Assembly (NCBI GenBank): GCA_963716255.1
Contig: OY970303.1
Coordinates: 4,128,001 to 4,192,000, forward strand
Reading direction: 5' to 3'
Origin: an uncultured Gemmatimonadales bacterium
GTDB lineage: Bacteria > Gemmatimonadota > Gemmatimonadetes > Longimicrobiales > Longimicrobiaceae
DNA length: 64,000 nucleotides
The notes under the pieces were generated by a model, which saw only the letters and a program-made list of their open reading frames with translations, did not search any database and was not told the DNA's origin. This document shows, piece after piece, positions 39,874 through 49,327 of the stretch (positions are counted from its first letter, which is position 1; each line of letters opens with the position of its first letter). A program made the translations under genes and the position numbers.

Positions 39874-40233
39874 ATGAGACCCCGTCACCTGGCACTCGCC
39901 CTCGTCCTGCTCGCCGCGCCGGCCGCGCTCGCGGCCCAGCCGCCCGCCCCCGCCGCGCAACGCTGCGGCACCCGCTGGTGCGACCGCCTGGAGGACCGGT
40001 GGGACCGGCGCGAAGACCGCCGCGACCGGCACGAGGACGTGCGCGACCGCAGGGAGGACGTGCGGGACCGCCGCGAGGACCGCAGGGACCGGCGCCACGA
40101 CGGCGGGGTGTGGGACCGGATCGAGGACCGGCTGGACCGCAGGGAGGACGTGCGCGACCGGCGCGAGGACGTGCGCGACCGCAGGGAGGACCGGCGGGAC
40201 CGCCGCGAGGACCGCCGCGACCGGCGGAGCTGA
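39874..40233 (+). CDS. Secreted protein built of DRRED(V/R)R heptad repeats
   Basis: Signal peptide; ~21-nt degenerate tandem repeats encoding DRREDVR. Confidence 0.8.
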   Translation: MRPRHLALALVLLAAPAALAAQPPAPAAQRCGTRWCDRLEDRWDRREDRRDRHEDVRDRREDVRDRREDRRDRRHDGGVWDRIEDRLDRREDVRDRREDVRDRREDRRDRREDRRDRRS

Positions 40234-40337
40234 GAGGGCGGAACGCACGACGGGCGGCGCCCCCGGATGGCGCCCCCCGTTGCATTTCACCCGCCGGCTT
40301 GCAATTCCCGCGCATCCGCAAACATGCAGCGGAACGC

Positions 40338-40465
40338 GCGTGAGGGATTACGGCCCGAAGGGGCGAGACCCGGCGGCAGTTTGCCGGGGCTCGCCTCCGT
40401 TAAGCACGGTCGTTTCGTGCTTTACGGAGCCGCAGCCCGACCCCGGCGCAGCCGGGGGCACGCCC
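40338..40465 (+). repeat. Structured dispersed element, copy H
   Basis: Conserved core; P5 stem AAGCACG/CGTGCTT. Confidence 0.95.
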
Positions 40466-40503
40466 GAACCCGCCGTCCACAGCCGTTCAACTTCCTTCCG
40501 GGA

Positions 40504-41217
40504 TCAGTCCGCCAGCACCTTCTCCACGTACCCGTTGTCCGGGTCGCCGCCGCGCCGCAGCACCTTGTCCACCGTGCCCGGGCCGCGGTTGTAGGCCAGC
40601 AGCGCAAGCCGCTCGTCACCCTCGTACTTGTCGATCAGGTCGCGGAGGTACCCCAGCCCGATGCGCAGGTTGGTCTCGCTGTCGCGCAGGTCGCGGTTGG
40701 TGGTCCCGGGCTCCAGCCAGCGCGCGGTGCGCGGCATGAGCTGCGTCAGCCCCACGGCGCCCACGTGGCTGGTGGCGGCGTTGCGGAACCCGCTTTCCGC
40801 CCGCACCAGCCCGAAGGCCAGCTCCGGCGCGATGTCGTTCTCCAGCGCCGCCTCCACGATGCTCTCGGCCAGGCGCTGGGTTACCGGGTACCCCTTCTCC
40901 TTGTACTTGGCGGCCAGCGCGCGGGCCTTCAACTCGTCCGCGGCGGCGACCCGGGCCGCTACCGCGGGCTTTTCCAGCGCGAGCTGGGTCACCACCACGG
41001 GCGCGAGGGGAAGGACGGGGCCGGCCGCGGCCCTGGCCACCGGCCGCGCGAAGGAAAGCTCCCCGCCGGCCGCCGCGCCCCGTTCGTCGCCGCCGTGGGC
41101 CGTGGCCGCCACCTGCGCGACCGCGACGGCCGCGAGCAGGGCCTGGACACCGCGGCTGCGCAGCAGGTCGCGCGCACCGGCGCGGCGCAGGGAACTCTGG
41201 TCTCTGCTGTTCTGCAC
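40504..41217 (-). CDS. Lytic transglycosylase (SLT domain)
   Basis: AESGF, GAVGLTQLMP.TA, NLRIG..YL and ALLAYNRGPG motifs. Confidence 0.9.
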   Translation of the reverse strand: MQNSRDQSSLRRAGARDLLRSRGVQALLAAVAVAQVAATAHGGDERGAAAGGELSFARPVARAAAGPVLPLAPVVVTQLALEKPAVAARVAAADELKARALAAKYKEKGYPVTQRLAESIVEAALENDIAPELAFGLVRAESGFRNAATSHVGAVGLTQLMPRTARWLEPGTTNRDLRDSETNLRIGLGYLRDLIDKYEGDERLALLAYNRGPGTVDKVLRRGGDPDNGYVEKVLAD

Positions 41218-41330
41218 TCGCTCTGTCTCCTGTCCGTTTCAAGACGAGCGCGACGGACGGAACCGACCGTCCATCGCGGGGCGTCAGGGCGTGAATTCGA
41301 CTTTGCGCGAGCAATATAACGATTGTAAGT

Positions 41331-41348
41331 AGATGAATCAATTCATCT
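41331..41348. promoter_or_regulatory. Perfect palindromic operator-like site in an AT-rich promoter island
   Basis: AGATGAAT-CA-ATTCATCT. Confidence 0.5.
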
Positions 41349-41897
41349 TAAAGAAATTCATGGATTGTGGGTGCGTTTGTTTGTGAACCGGGGGATGCCT
41401 GGCCGGACGATGGGGTGGGCACGAAAAGGCACGGGGCGCCGCGTCCCTGGTGGGACGCGGCGCCCCGTGGGGCACCGACCCGGACTCCGGAAGGCGGGGG
41501 CTAGAAGCCCGCTGCGCGGATTCCGTCCAGGTCTACCGCAGCCGGCGATGGCTCCAGCGCCGGGTTCTCGTCGGAGCGCCTTTCTTCCTGGCGGTTTCTC
41601 ACGACGGTAAGGCTGGCCACGATGGCTGCGATTGCGACGAGACTCACACCTAAAGCGCGAATAAGCTACCTCCGTGGCCGTGGGGAAGCGACGCGCCGTA
41701 CGGCGCGTCCGAGGGGTGTTCAGGGCAGGTTCCGTGCCGGTCTCCAAAGCTCCGGCGGGGTGGGCGGTTCCCGGTTCCCGGGGCACCTGTCCCATGGACG
41801 ACGGACGGGGCGCTCGCGTCACTTCTGGTTGCCGATGGAACGGACGCTGCACATGTTGACGCGTGACGACGGCACGGCACACCGAGCGGGGGCGAGC

Positions 41898-42359
41898 ATG
41901 GCGGACGAGCGCAGGTACGCGGACGACGAGGGCGGCTTCGACGTGCGGGTCCCGGAGGGGTGGTACGCGGAGCCGGACGCGGAGGCGGGCGGGGTGGAGA
42001 TGGCGCACCCGGACGGCGCCGGGCTCCTGAACCTGGTGGGTTTTCCGCAGCCGGACGGCGACTTCCCGGACCCGGCGGAGGAGCTGTACTCCTTCCTGGA
42101 GGAGCAGGGGGTGGAGCTGGAGGAGGACGAGGTGGAGGACCTGTCGCTGGAGGGTGGCGGGGAGATGGCCGTGTGCGAGTACCTGACCGACGACGAGGAG
42201 GAGGGGGCGGGCGAGACCTTCTGGCTGGTGGGGGTGGCCACGGCGCCGGGCGCGCTGGTGTTCGCCAACTACTCGTGCGCCGCCGGGGAGCAGGAGGAGG
42301 AGCGCGAGACGGTGATGGCGGTGCTGCGGTCGCTGCGGCTGCGGGCCGCGGGTGCGTAG
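41898..42359 (+). CDS. Hypothetical acidic protein (PsbP/Mog1-like pattern)
   Basis: GF.V.VPEGW near the N-terminus and ...VLRSLRL at the C-terminus; very Glu/Asp rich. Confidence 0.7.
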   Translation: MADERRYADDEGGFDVRVPEGWYAEPDAEAGGVEMAHPDGAGLLNLVGFPQPDGDFPDPAEELYSFLEEQGVELEEDEVEDLSLEGGGEMAVCEYLTDDEEEGAGETFWLVGVATAPGALVFANYSCAAGEQEEERETVMAVLRSLRLRAAGA

Positions 42360-43179
42360 CCGCCGGCGGACGGGTCCCGTGCCGCCGCGTGCCGCGGCCC
42401 TCCTCGCGCTGGCCCTCCTGGCCGGGTGCCGGGCGGGACAGAACTACGCCGGCGCCGGGCCGCGCTACGCGGGCCCTCCGCCCGCCGCGGCCGCGCGGCG
42501 CGCAGGCGACACCCTGCGGCTGGTGACCTTCAACATCGCGTACGCGCGGCACGTGGACGAGGCGATCGCGCTGCTCGCCGGTGAGCCCGCGCTGCGCGGG
42601 GCGGACGTGGTCCTGCTCCAGGAGATGGACGCCCCGGGGACGCGGCGCATCGCGGAAGCGCTGGGGCTGGGGTACGTGTACTATCCCGCCATCGTCCACC
42701 ACCGCACCGAGCGCGACTTCGGCAACGCGGTGCTGTCGCGCTGGCCCATCGTGGAGGACGCCCGGATCGTGCTGCCGCACCGCTCCCGCTACGCGGGCAC
42801 GCAGCGCACCGCCACGGCCGCCACCCTCCAGGTGGGGGGCGAGCGGGTGCGCGTCTACTCGGCGCACCTGGGCACCATCGCGGACGTGGGCCCCGGCGCC
42901 CGCCGCGAGCAGCTGCGCGCCGTCCTCGCCGACGCGGGGCGCTATTCCCGCGTGGTCATCGGCGGCGACCTGAACGACGCCGGGGTGGGCAGGGTCGCGC
43001 GGGAGGCGGGGTACGCCTGGCCCACGGAGCGGGGGCCGCGCACCATGCGCCTGGGGCGGGTGGACCACCTCTTCCTGCGGGGGCTGGCGAGCCCGGACAC
43101 GGCCGCCGCGGGGACCGTGGTGGACACGCACGGCGCCAGCGACCACCGCCCGGTGTGGGCCGTGGGGCTCCTGCGCTGA
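42352..43179 (+). CDS. Endonuclease/exonuclease/phosphatase family protein (lipoprotein)
   Basis: TFNI, LQEMD, GNAVLSRWP, GGDLN, DHLF and SDH motifs; lipobox LAGC. Confidence 0.88.
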   Translation: MRSRRRTGPVPPRAAALLALALLAGCRAGQNYAGAGPRYAGPPPAAAARRAGDTLRLVTFNIAYARHVDEAIALLAGEPALRGADVVLLQEMDAPGTRRIAEALGLGYVYYPAIVHHRTERDFGNAVLSRWPIVEDARIVLPHRSRYAGTQRTATAATLQVGGERVRVYSAHLGTIADVGPGARREQLRAVLADAGRYSRVVIGGDLNDAGVGRVAREAGYAWPTERGPRTMRLGRVDHLFLRGLASPDTAAAGTVVDTHGASDHRPVWAVGLLR

Positions 43180-43342
43180 GGAGGGGCGCTCGCGTCCACG
43201 CGGCTGCGGGGTGGGTTTGCAGCGGACGGGCCCGTGCGCTACAATGCGGCGGGGAGCCGGCGGGAGCGGGTCCTGCCGCCGTCCATGGGCTCAGGCTCTT
43301 TCAACGTCCGGGTGGACCGGACCGGATCTCAGGGAAACACGC

Positions 43343-43819
43343 ATGCCTCTGAAGCAGGGTGACGCGGCCCCCGACGTGACGCTCCCGTCGCACACGGGCG
43401 AGCAGGTCTCGCTGGCCGGCCTGTGGAGCCGGCAGCCGGTGGTGGTGCTCTTCTTCCCGCTGGCCTTCACCTCCACCTGCACGGAGGAACTGTGCTCGGT
43501 GGGGAACGACCTGGCCTCGTACCAGCAGCTGCAGGCGCAGCCGGTGGCGATCAGCGTGGACTCGCCGTTCACGCTGGCGCGCTTCCGCGCCGAGTGCGGC
43601 GCCGACTACCCCTTTCTCTCGGACTTCAACCGCGAGGCCAGCGAGGCCTTCGGGGTGGTGCGCGAGGCGCCGCTGGGCCCCGGCCTCCGCCGCGCCGCGG
43701 ACCGCGCCGCCTTCGTGGTGGGCCGCGACGGCAGGGTGGCCTACGCCTGGCACTCCACCAATCCGGGGCTGCTCCCCCCGTTCGACGAGATCAAGGCGGC
43801 GCTGAAGACGCTGGCCTGA
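43343..43819 (+). CDS. Peroxiredoxin (AhpC/TSA, AhpE-like)
   Basis: FFPLAFTSTCT.ELC, ISVDS and LSDFN motifs. Confidence 0.88.
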   Translation: MPLKQGDAAPDVTLPSHTGEQVSLAGLWSRQPVVVLFFPLAFTSTCTEELCSVGNDLASYQQLQAQPVAISVDSPFTLARFRAECGADYPFLSDFNREASEAFGVVREAPLGPGLRRAADRAAFVVGRDGRVAYAWHSTNPGLLPPFDEIKAALKTLA

Positions 43820-43847
43820 ACAGACGGCAGCACGAAGCACGGTGTAC

Positions 43848-43890
43848 GAAAAGGCGCCCCCGCCGGGATCTCCCGGCTGGGGCGCCTTTC
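43848..43890. terminator. Hairpin, likely bidirectional terminator
   Basis: aaaggcgcccc..ggggcgccttt inverted repeat between convergent genes. Confidence 0.6.
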
Positions 43891-43893
43891 GCA

Positions 43894-43950
43894 GGCCCTC
43901 ACCCGGCTCGCTTGAGGCTCGCCACCCTCTCCCGATTCCGGGAGAGGGTG
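43894..43950. repeat. REP-like palindrome
   Basis: ggccctcacccggctcgcttgaggctcgccaccctctcccgattccgggagagggtg. Confidence 0.75.
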
Positions 43951-43983
43951 CCAACTGCTGGATCTGGAATGCGAGCAGGCAGT

Positions 43984-44116
43984 GCGTGAGGGATTACGGC
44001 CCGAAGGGGCGAGACCCGGCGGGGCGGTTTCCGCCGGGTCTCGACTCCGTTGCAGACGGTCGTTTCGTCTGCTACGGAGCCGAAGCCCGACCCCGGCGCC
44101 AGCCGGGGGCACGCCC
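43984..44116 (+). repeat. Structured dispersed element, copy I
   Basis: Conserved core; 14 bp from the hslO stop. Confidence 0.95.
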
Positions 44117-44130
44117 AAACCCGCCCTACC

Positions 44131-45027
44131 TTACGCCGTAGCCGCGCGCAGGATCTCCCGCATGTCGTCGGGAGAAAAATGGTACGCTTCGTTGCAGAAG
44201 TGGCACACCACCTCGGTGTACGGCTGCTCCTCCTCCTCGATGATGCGCGTGATCTCCGCCTCGCCCAGGCTGACGATGGCGCTCTCGAACCGCTCGCGCG
44301 AGCACGGGCAGTGGAAGCGCACGGGGTAGCGGTCCAGCAGGTTGAATCCCTCCGGGAAGATCTTCTCCAGCACCTGCTCCGGCGTGGTCCCCTCGCGGAT
44401 CAGGGTGGTGGGATGGGGCAGCGCCGCGATGCGCTCCTCGATGGCGGTGATCTCGTCGTCCTGGAGACCGGGGAGCAGCTGCACCAGGTAGCCGCCCGCG
44501 GCCTCCACGCGCCCGTCCGGCACCACGAACACCCCGATCCCCACGGCGCTGGCGGTCTGCTCGCTGCGCGCCAGGTAGTAGGCCAGGTCGTCGCCGATCT
44601 CGCCGGACTGGAGCTCCACCGTCCCCTGGTAGGGGTCCTTCATCCCCAGGTTCTTGGTGACGGACAGGTACCCGTCGGTCCCCACCACGCCGGCCACGTT
44701 CAGCTTTCCCGGGCGGACGCTCTCGGCGTGCGCGCGGGGGTTGCCCACCAGCCCGCGCACCTCGCCGCGCCCGTTGGCGGTGGCGACGATGCGCCCCGCC
44801 GGCCCGCCGCCCCGCACCTCCACGCTGAGCGACTGGTCCTCCTCCTTGAGCGACGCGGCGCTCAGCAGGAGCGCGCCCATGGCGGTGCGCCCCAGCGCGG
44901 CGCTCACGGCCGGGTAGGTGCCGTGCTTCTCCTGGAGCGCCCGCACCACCCAGGTGGCGTCGAGCGCGAAGGCGCGCACCCGCTCGTCGAGCGCGGTGGC
45001 GCGCACAAGGTAGTCCCGATCCGACAT
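44131..45027 (-). CDS. hslO: Hsp33 redox-regulated chaperone
   Basis: ALGR, SGEIGDDLAYY...SEQ, AAGGY.VQLLP and CxC...CxxC zinc motif. Confidence 0.95.
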   Translation of the reverse strand: MSDRDYLVRATALDERVRAFALDATWVVRALQEKHGTYPAVSAALGRTAMGALLLSAASLKEEDQSLSVEVRGGGPAGRIVATANGRGEVRGLVGNPRAHAESVRPGKLNVAGVVGTDGYLSVTKNLGMKDPYQGTVELQSGEIGDDLAYYLARSEQTASAVGIGVFVVPDGRVEAAGGYLVQLLPGLQDDEITAIEERIAALPHPTTLIREGTTPEQVLEKIFPEGFNLLDRYPVRFHCPCSRERFESAIVSLGEAEITRIIEEEEQPYTEVVCHFCNEAYHFSPDDMREILRAATA

Positions 45028-45108
45028 CGCTCCCTCCGATGGTGTCGCAAAAAAGGGCCGCGGCCTGTGTAGGTGGCCGCGGCTGAAGGAGATACACCGC
45101 TGGGGCGG

Positions 45109-48100
45109 TCAGGTTCGGAGGAGGCCGGCGAGGAAGCCGGGTCTGCGGTGCCTGCCCAGGAGGCTGTCGCGGAGGGCAGGCGCGAGGGTGACGGGGAGGC
45201 GCGCACGCCCCATTCGCAGAAGCTCGTCGGCGTCCACGGGGAAGATGCGCACGGTGCCATCATCGCTGACGGTGACTACTCGCTTCCCGTCCGGGGTAAA
45301 GCTTGCAATGAGAAGGTTTCCTCGTGGGCAGCGCAAGATTGAATGCGGCCGACCTGTGTTCGCGTGCCAGACTTGCGCGATGTTGGCGCCGACGGTCAAG
45401 AAGTACCGGCCGTCCGGGCTGAACACCGGTGCGCTGGCGCCGGTCCGCGACTCAACGAAAAGTATCCGTGAATTGCCAGTATCTACGTTCCAGATTCGTG
45501 CGGTACCATCGGTACTGGTCGTCATGACGAGACGCCCGTCGGGGCTGAAGGCGGCGCCTCCGATCACGTCTTTCTGCCCGCGGAGGATGGCGGTTGTTTG
45601 CCCTGTGGCGACATCCCAGATGCGGGCGGTACTGTCCGAGCTTGTCGTGATGACACGGCGACCGTCGGGACTGAAGGAGGCATGCCTGATCACTCGCGTA
45701 TGCCCACTCAAGGTGTCGGTCACCTGGCCTGTCGCTACATCCCAGATTCGAGCGGTATGGTCCTCACCCGCTGTGATGACGCGCTGACCGTCGGGGCTGA
45801 AGGCGACCGCCAGGACCACCCTCGAATTCGTGTTCAGGATGCCGGTTGCCTGACCTCTCGCAAGGTCCCAGACACGCACGGTGATGTCTAGGCCTCCGGT
45901 GAGGACGTGCCGTCCGTCCGAACTGAACGCGGTGGCAAAGATTCCGCCCACATGCCCGCGTAGAGTGTCGGTCGCCCGGTTCATCGCTACATCCCAGATT
46001 TGTGCTGTGCCGTCAGCGTGACCGGCGACGATATACCGCCCATCGGGACTGATGGAGGCGTCGTTGATGTAGTTCGCGTTCCCGCGTGGGGTGTCGGTCG
46101 TCTGGCCTGCCGCCACATTCCAGATACGCGCGTCGCCGCTGCTCGCCGTGACGATGAGTCGACCGTTGGGGCTGAAGGCGGCGTCGTTGATAAAGCTCCT
46201 CCCCCCGCCCAGGGTGTCGGTCACTTGACCTGTCGCAATGTCCCAGACCCACGCAGTACTGATTCGGCTGGCGGTGACGATGCGCCGTCCGTCGGAGCTG
46301 AAGGCGGCGGATTTGGCTCCGCCTGCGTGTCCGCGCAAGGTGTCGGTCGCCTGACCTGTCGCGACGTCCCAGATGCACGCGGTGCCATCCGCGCTAGCCG
46401 TAACTACGCGCTGGCCGTTGGGGCTGAATGAGGCGTCGTCGATGATGTCGGTGTGTCCGCGCAGGACGGCGGTCGCCTGGCCAGTCACTGCATCCCAGAT
46501 TCGAGCGGTATGATCCCATCCAGCCGTGACGACGTGCAGACCGTCAGGGCTGAAGTGGGCGGCGACGACCCAGCCTGTATGCCCGCGCAAGGTGCGGGTT
46601 GCACGACCAGTCGCTGCATCCCAGATGAGAACGGTGCCATTCTCGCCGGTTGTGACGACGTGCTGACCGTCGGGGCTGAACGCCGCTCCCATGACAAAAC
46701 TGTGGTGCCCGTCCATGATCATGGATGCCCTACCTGTCGCAGCGTCCCAGATGCGTGCCGTGCCGTCGGAACTGGCTGTGACGACGTGCCGACCGTCGGG
46801 GCTGAAGGCGGCGGTGTTGATCAAGCTGGTATGCCCGTACAGGGTGACGATCGCCCGGCCTGTCGCAGCATCCCAAATGCGTGCTGTGCCGTCGCTGTTT
46901 GCTGTGACGATGCGTCGACCGTCGGGGCTGAAAGCGGCAGCGTTGACCCCGCCGGTGTGCCCGTTCAGAACGGCCCGTAACGTAGGAGCATCGAGCGCGC
47001 GTCGCAGTGCGTCGGATGACTCGAACGTTGGTGCCCGCTCCGCCGCTCTGATGGCGACGAGGAGGGCGTCGGTCGCGTCAGACGGGAGCGTGGCCACCGC
47101 CTGCGCCGCCAGCTCCCGCGATTCCGCCTCCGCGGTGCGACGCTCCGAGCGCACCCACTGGAAGAACGCGAACGCACCGATCCCGAGCGCGGCCACGGAC
47201 ACCCGCGCCAGCCCCCGCGCCAGCCTCCCGGTCCGCCGCGCCGACCGCTTCGCCCCCTCGGCCGCCTCGCGCTCCGCCACGGCACGCGCCTCCGCCTCCT
47301 CGGACAGCCGGCGCGCCATCTCCAGCTCGCGCTGCCGCCGCTCTTCCGCCTCGCGCGCGGCCCGGTCCCGCGCCTCCACGCTCGCCGCCAGGAAGTCGCG
47401 CTCCCGCGGCCGCAGGTCGTCCCCGTTCTCGGCCGCCCACTGCTCCGCCTCCGCCAGGTGCGCGCCGCGCAGGAGCGCGTCCGGGTCCTCCCCCAGTCGC
47501 CCCCACTCCGCCGCCGCGTCCATCACCCGCCGCTCCACGCGGATGGCGTCGCGGTGCGCGTCGATCCACCCGCGCAGCCGCGGCCACTCGCGGATCAGCG
47601 CCTCGTGCGCCACCTCCACCACGTCGCTCTCGCCCTCCCGGCGGGTGACCACCAGGCGCGCGTCCGCCAGGCTCACCAGCACCCGCTCCGCCACCGCCTC
47701 GTCCGCGCCCAGCGCGACCACCTCGTCGCGGGCGGCGCGGCGGCGCGTGTCCTCCGTCCCCTCGCCGGGCGTGGTGAGCCGCAGGAACACCTTTTCCGCG
47801 ATCGCCTTGCCGGTGTCGTCCAGGCCGTCGAAGACCGCGTCCGCGTGGTGCGCCAGCGCGCCGCTGATCCCGCCGATCTCCTCGTAGGCGGCGTGCGTCA
47901 GCGTGCCCCCGTGGCGCCGCTCCCACAGCTGGAGGAGGGCGTGCTCCACCAGGGGCAGGTTCCCCGGCTCCTCGCCCGCGTCGTCCAGCACGCGGTCCGC
48001 CAGCCCCGGCTCGAAGGCGGCGCCCGCCAGGGCGAGCGGCTTCTCCACCGCCTCGCGCCGCTCCGCCCGGTCCAGGGGGCGCACGGCGTGCTGGTTCTGG

Positions 48101-49134
48101 GCGATGCGCCCCGGCAGATCGGGGTGCTCCCAGCAGCGCGAGTAGAAATCGGCGCGCAGGGTGGCGACCACGTGCACCGGCCGGTCCCCGCCGCCGTCCG
48201 CCGCGCGCAGCAGCGAGTCCACCAGCCGCCGCCGCTCTCCTGGTTGCGAGCCGTGGGTGAACAGCTCCTCCAGCTGGTCCACGACCAGCAGCGTCCGCTG
48301 TCCCGGCGGGACCAGCCCGGCGATGGAGTTTTCCAGCCCGGTGTCGCCGCTCTCCAGCTCCGCGCGGCACTGGCCCACGACGCGGATCCGCTCGGCGCGC
48401 GACAGCTCCGGGTCCAGATCGGGGAGGGCGCCCGCCAGCTCCCGGAAGGGATCATTGCCGGGGCGGAAGACGGCGACCCGCCAGCGGCCTCCCCGGGATC
48501 GGGCGTCGTCGATGCGCCCGCGGTGGAGCGCCGGCACCAGGCCGGCCCGCACCAGCGACGACTTGCCGCTCCCCGACGCCCCCACCACCGCCAGGAAGCG
48601 GTCCGCGCGCAGCTTCTCCACCAGCGCCGCGGTCTCGCGGTCGCGGCCGAAGTACAGGTGCGCGTGCTCCACGTCGAAGTACTCCAGCCCGCGGAACGGG
48701 GCCGTGCCCGGCGCGAGGAGCGAGACCGCCTCCGGGGGGCGCGCGAGGACCGCGCCCACCAGCCGCTTCAGCTCCTCCGGCGAGGCGCCCCGCCGCAGGT
48801 CCACGCGCTGGTGCTGCGCGAGGAAGGAGGGGAGGGCCGCGGGATCCGAGCCGGGCGCCAGGATGGGGACGATGCGGAAGGCGGGCTCGGCGACGCTCCG
48901 CTCCAGCGCGACGCGGACTTCCCGGTCCACCCAGCGCTGGATCCCGTCCGCGCCCACGTAGACCGCGAAGCCGTCCGCGCCGCGGAGCGCTTCCTCCAGC
49001 GCCGGCATCCAGAGGACGCCCGGCTGGAGGTGGTCCAGGTCGAGCCACACCTCCAGCCCCGCGTCCCGGAGGCGGCGCGCCAGCTCCCGGGCTCCGTCCG
49101 AGTCCGCGCCGGAATGACTGAGGAAGAGCAGCAT
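45109..49134 (-). CDS. TIR - STAND NTPase (nSTAND1-like) - TM - 14x WD40 protein (NLR-like)
   Basis: FLSHS and WVDREV (TIR); PFRGL..F, YFGR, GASGSGKSS, VDQLEELF, LRADF and HEALI..W..L (STAND); 14 GH...FSPDG...WD repeats. Confidence 0.92.
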   Translation of the reverse strand: MLLFLSHSGADSDGARELARRLRDAGLEVWLDLDHLQPGVLWMPALEEALRGADGFAVYVGADGIQRWVDREVRVALERSVAEPAFRIVPILAPGSDPAALPSFLAQHQRVDLRRGASPEELKRLVGAVLARPPEAVSLLAPGTAPFRGLEYFDVEHAHLYFGRDRETAALVEKLRADRFLAVVGASGSGKSSLVRAGLVPALHRGRIDDARSRGGRWRVAVFRPGNDPFRELAGALPDLDPELSRAERIRVVGQCRAELESGDTGLENSIAGLVPPGQRTLLVVDQLEELFTHGSQPGERRRLVDSLLRAADGGGDRPVHVVATLRADFYSRCWEHPDLPGRIAQNQHAVRPLDRAERREAVEKPLALAGAAFEPGLADRVLDDAGEEPGNLPLVEHALLQLWERRHGGTLTHAAYEEIGGISGALAHHADAVFDGLDDTGKAIAEKVFLRLTTPGEGTEDTRRRAARDEVVALGADEAVAERVLVSLADARLVVTRREGESDVVEVAHEALIREWPRLRGWIDAHRDAIRVERRVMDAAAEWGRLGEDPDALLRGAHLAEAEQWAAENGDDLRPRERDFLAASVEARDRAAREAEERRQRELEMARRLSEEAEARAVAEREAAEGAKRSARRTGRLARGLARVSVAALGIGAFAFFQWVRSERRTAEAESRELAAQAVATLPSDATDALLVAIRAAERAPTFESSDALRRALDAPTLRAVLNGHTGGVNAAAFSPDGRRIVTANSDGTARIWDAATGRAIVTLYGHTSLINTAAFSPDGRHVVTASSDGTARIWDAATGRASMIMDGHHSFVMGAAFSPDGQHVVTTGENGTVLIWDAATGRATRTLRGHTGWVVAAHFSPDGLHVVTAGWDHTARIWDAVTGQATAVLRGHTDIIDDASFSPNGQRVVTASADGTACIWDVATGQATDTLRGHAGGAKSAAFSSDGRRIVTASRISTAWVWDIATGQVTDTLGGGRSFINDAAFSPNGRLIVTASSGDARIWNVAAGQTTDTPRGNANYINDASISPDGRYIVAGHADGTAQIWDVAMNRATDTLRGHVGGIFATAFSSDGRHVLTGGLDITVRVWDLARGQATGILNTNSRVVLAVAFSPDGQRVITAGEDHTARIWDVATGQVTDTLSGHTRVIRHASFSPDGRRVITTSSDSTARIWDVATGQTTAILRGQKDVIGGAAFSPDGRLVMTTSTDGTARIWNVDTGNSRILFVESRTGASAPVFSPDGRYFLTVGANIAQVWHANTGRPHSILRCPRGNLLIASFTPDGKRVVTVSDDGTVRIFPVDADELLRMGRARLPVTLAPALRDSLLGRHRRPGFLAGLLRT

Positions 49135-49327
49135 GGATGCGGCGGCTCAGGGAAGGGGCCGAAGAGAATGCGCGGACGTAAAGTCGTTCGCCGCCGCGGG
49201 CAGATCAAGGCAGTCGTTCCGCCTTTTCCGCCGCTGCGCCGGGAGCAGGTGCGCACGGGACCACGGATTGCAGTGCCCGCCGGGGATCCAGCGTGGCGAG
49301 CGGAACCGGGAGACGGGGAGAGACATC

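Noticed and set aside
39970..40230. 21-nt tandem repeats as a non-coding array or CRISPR
   Set aside because: They are in-frame coding repeats with synonymous variation inside a signal-peptide-bearing ORF.
45230..47000. Lower-GC segment as an inserted mobile element or DGR variable region
   Set aside because: It is in-frame WD40 coding sequence. No terminal repeats, reverse transcriptase or template repeat were seen in the window.
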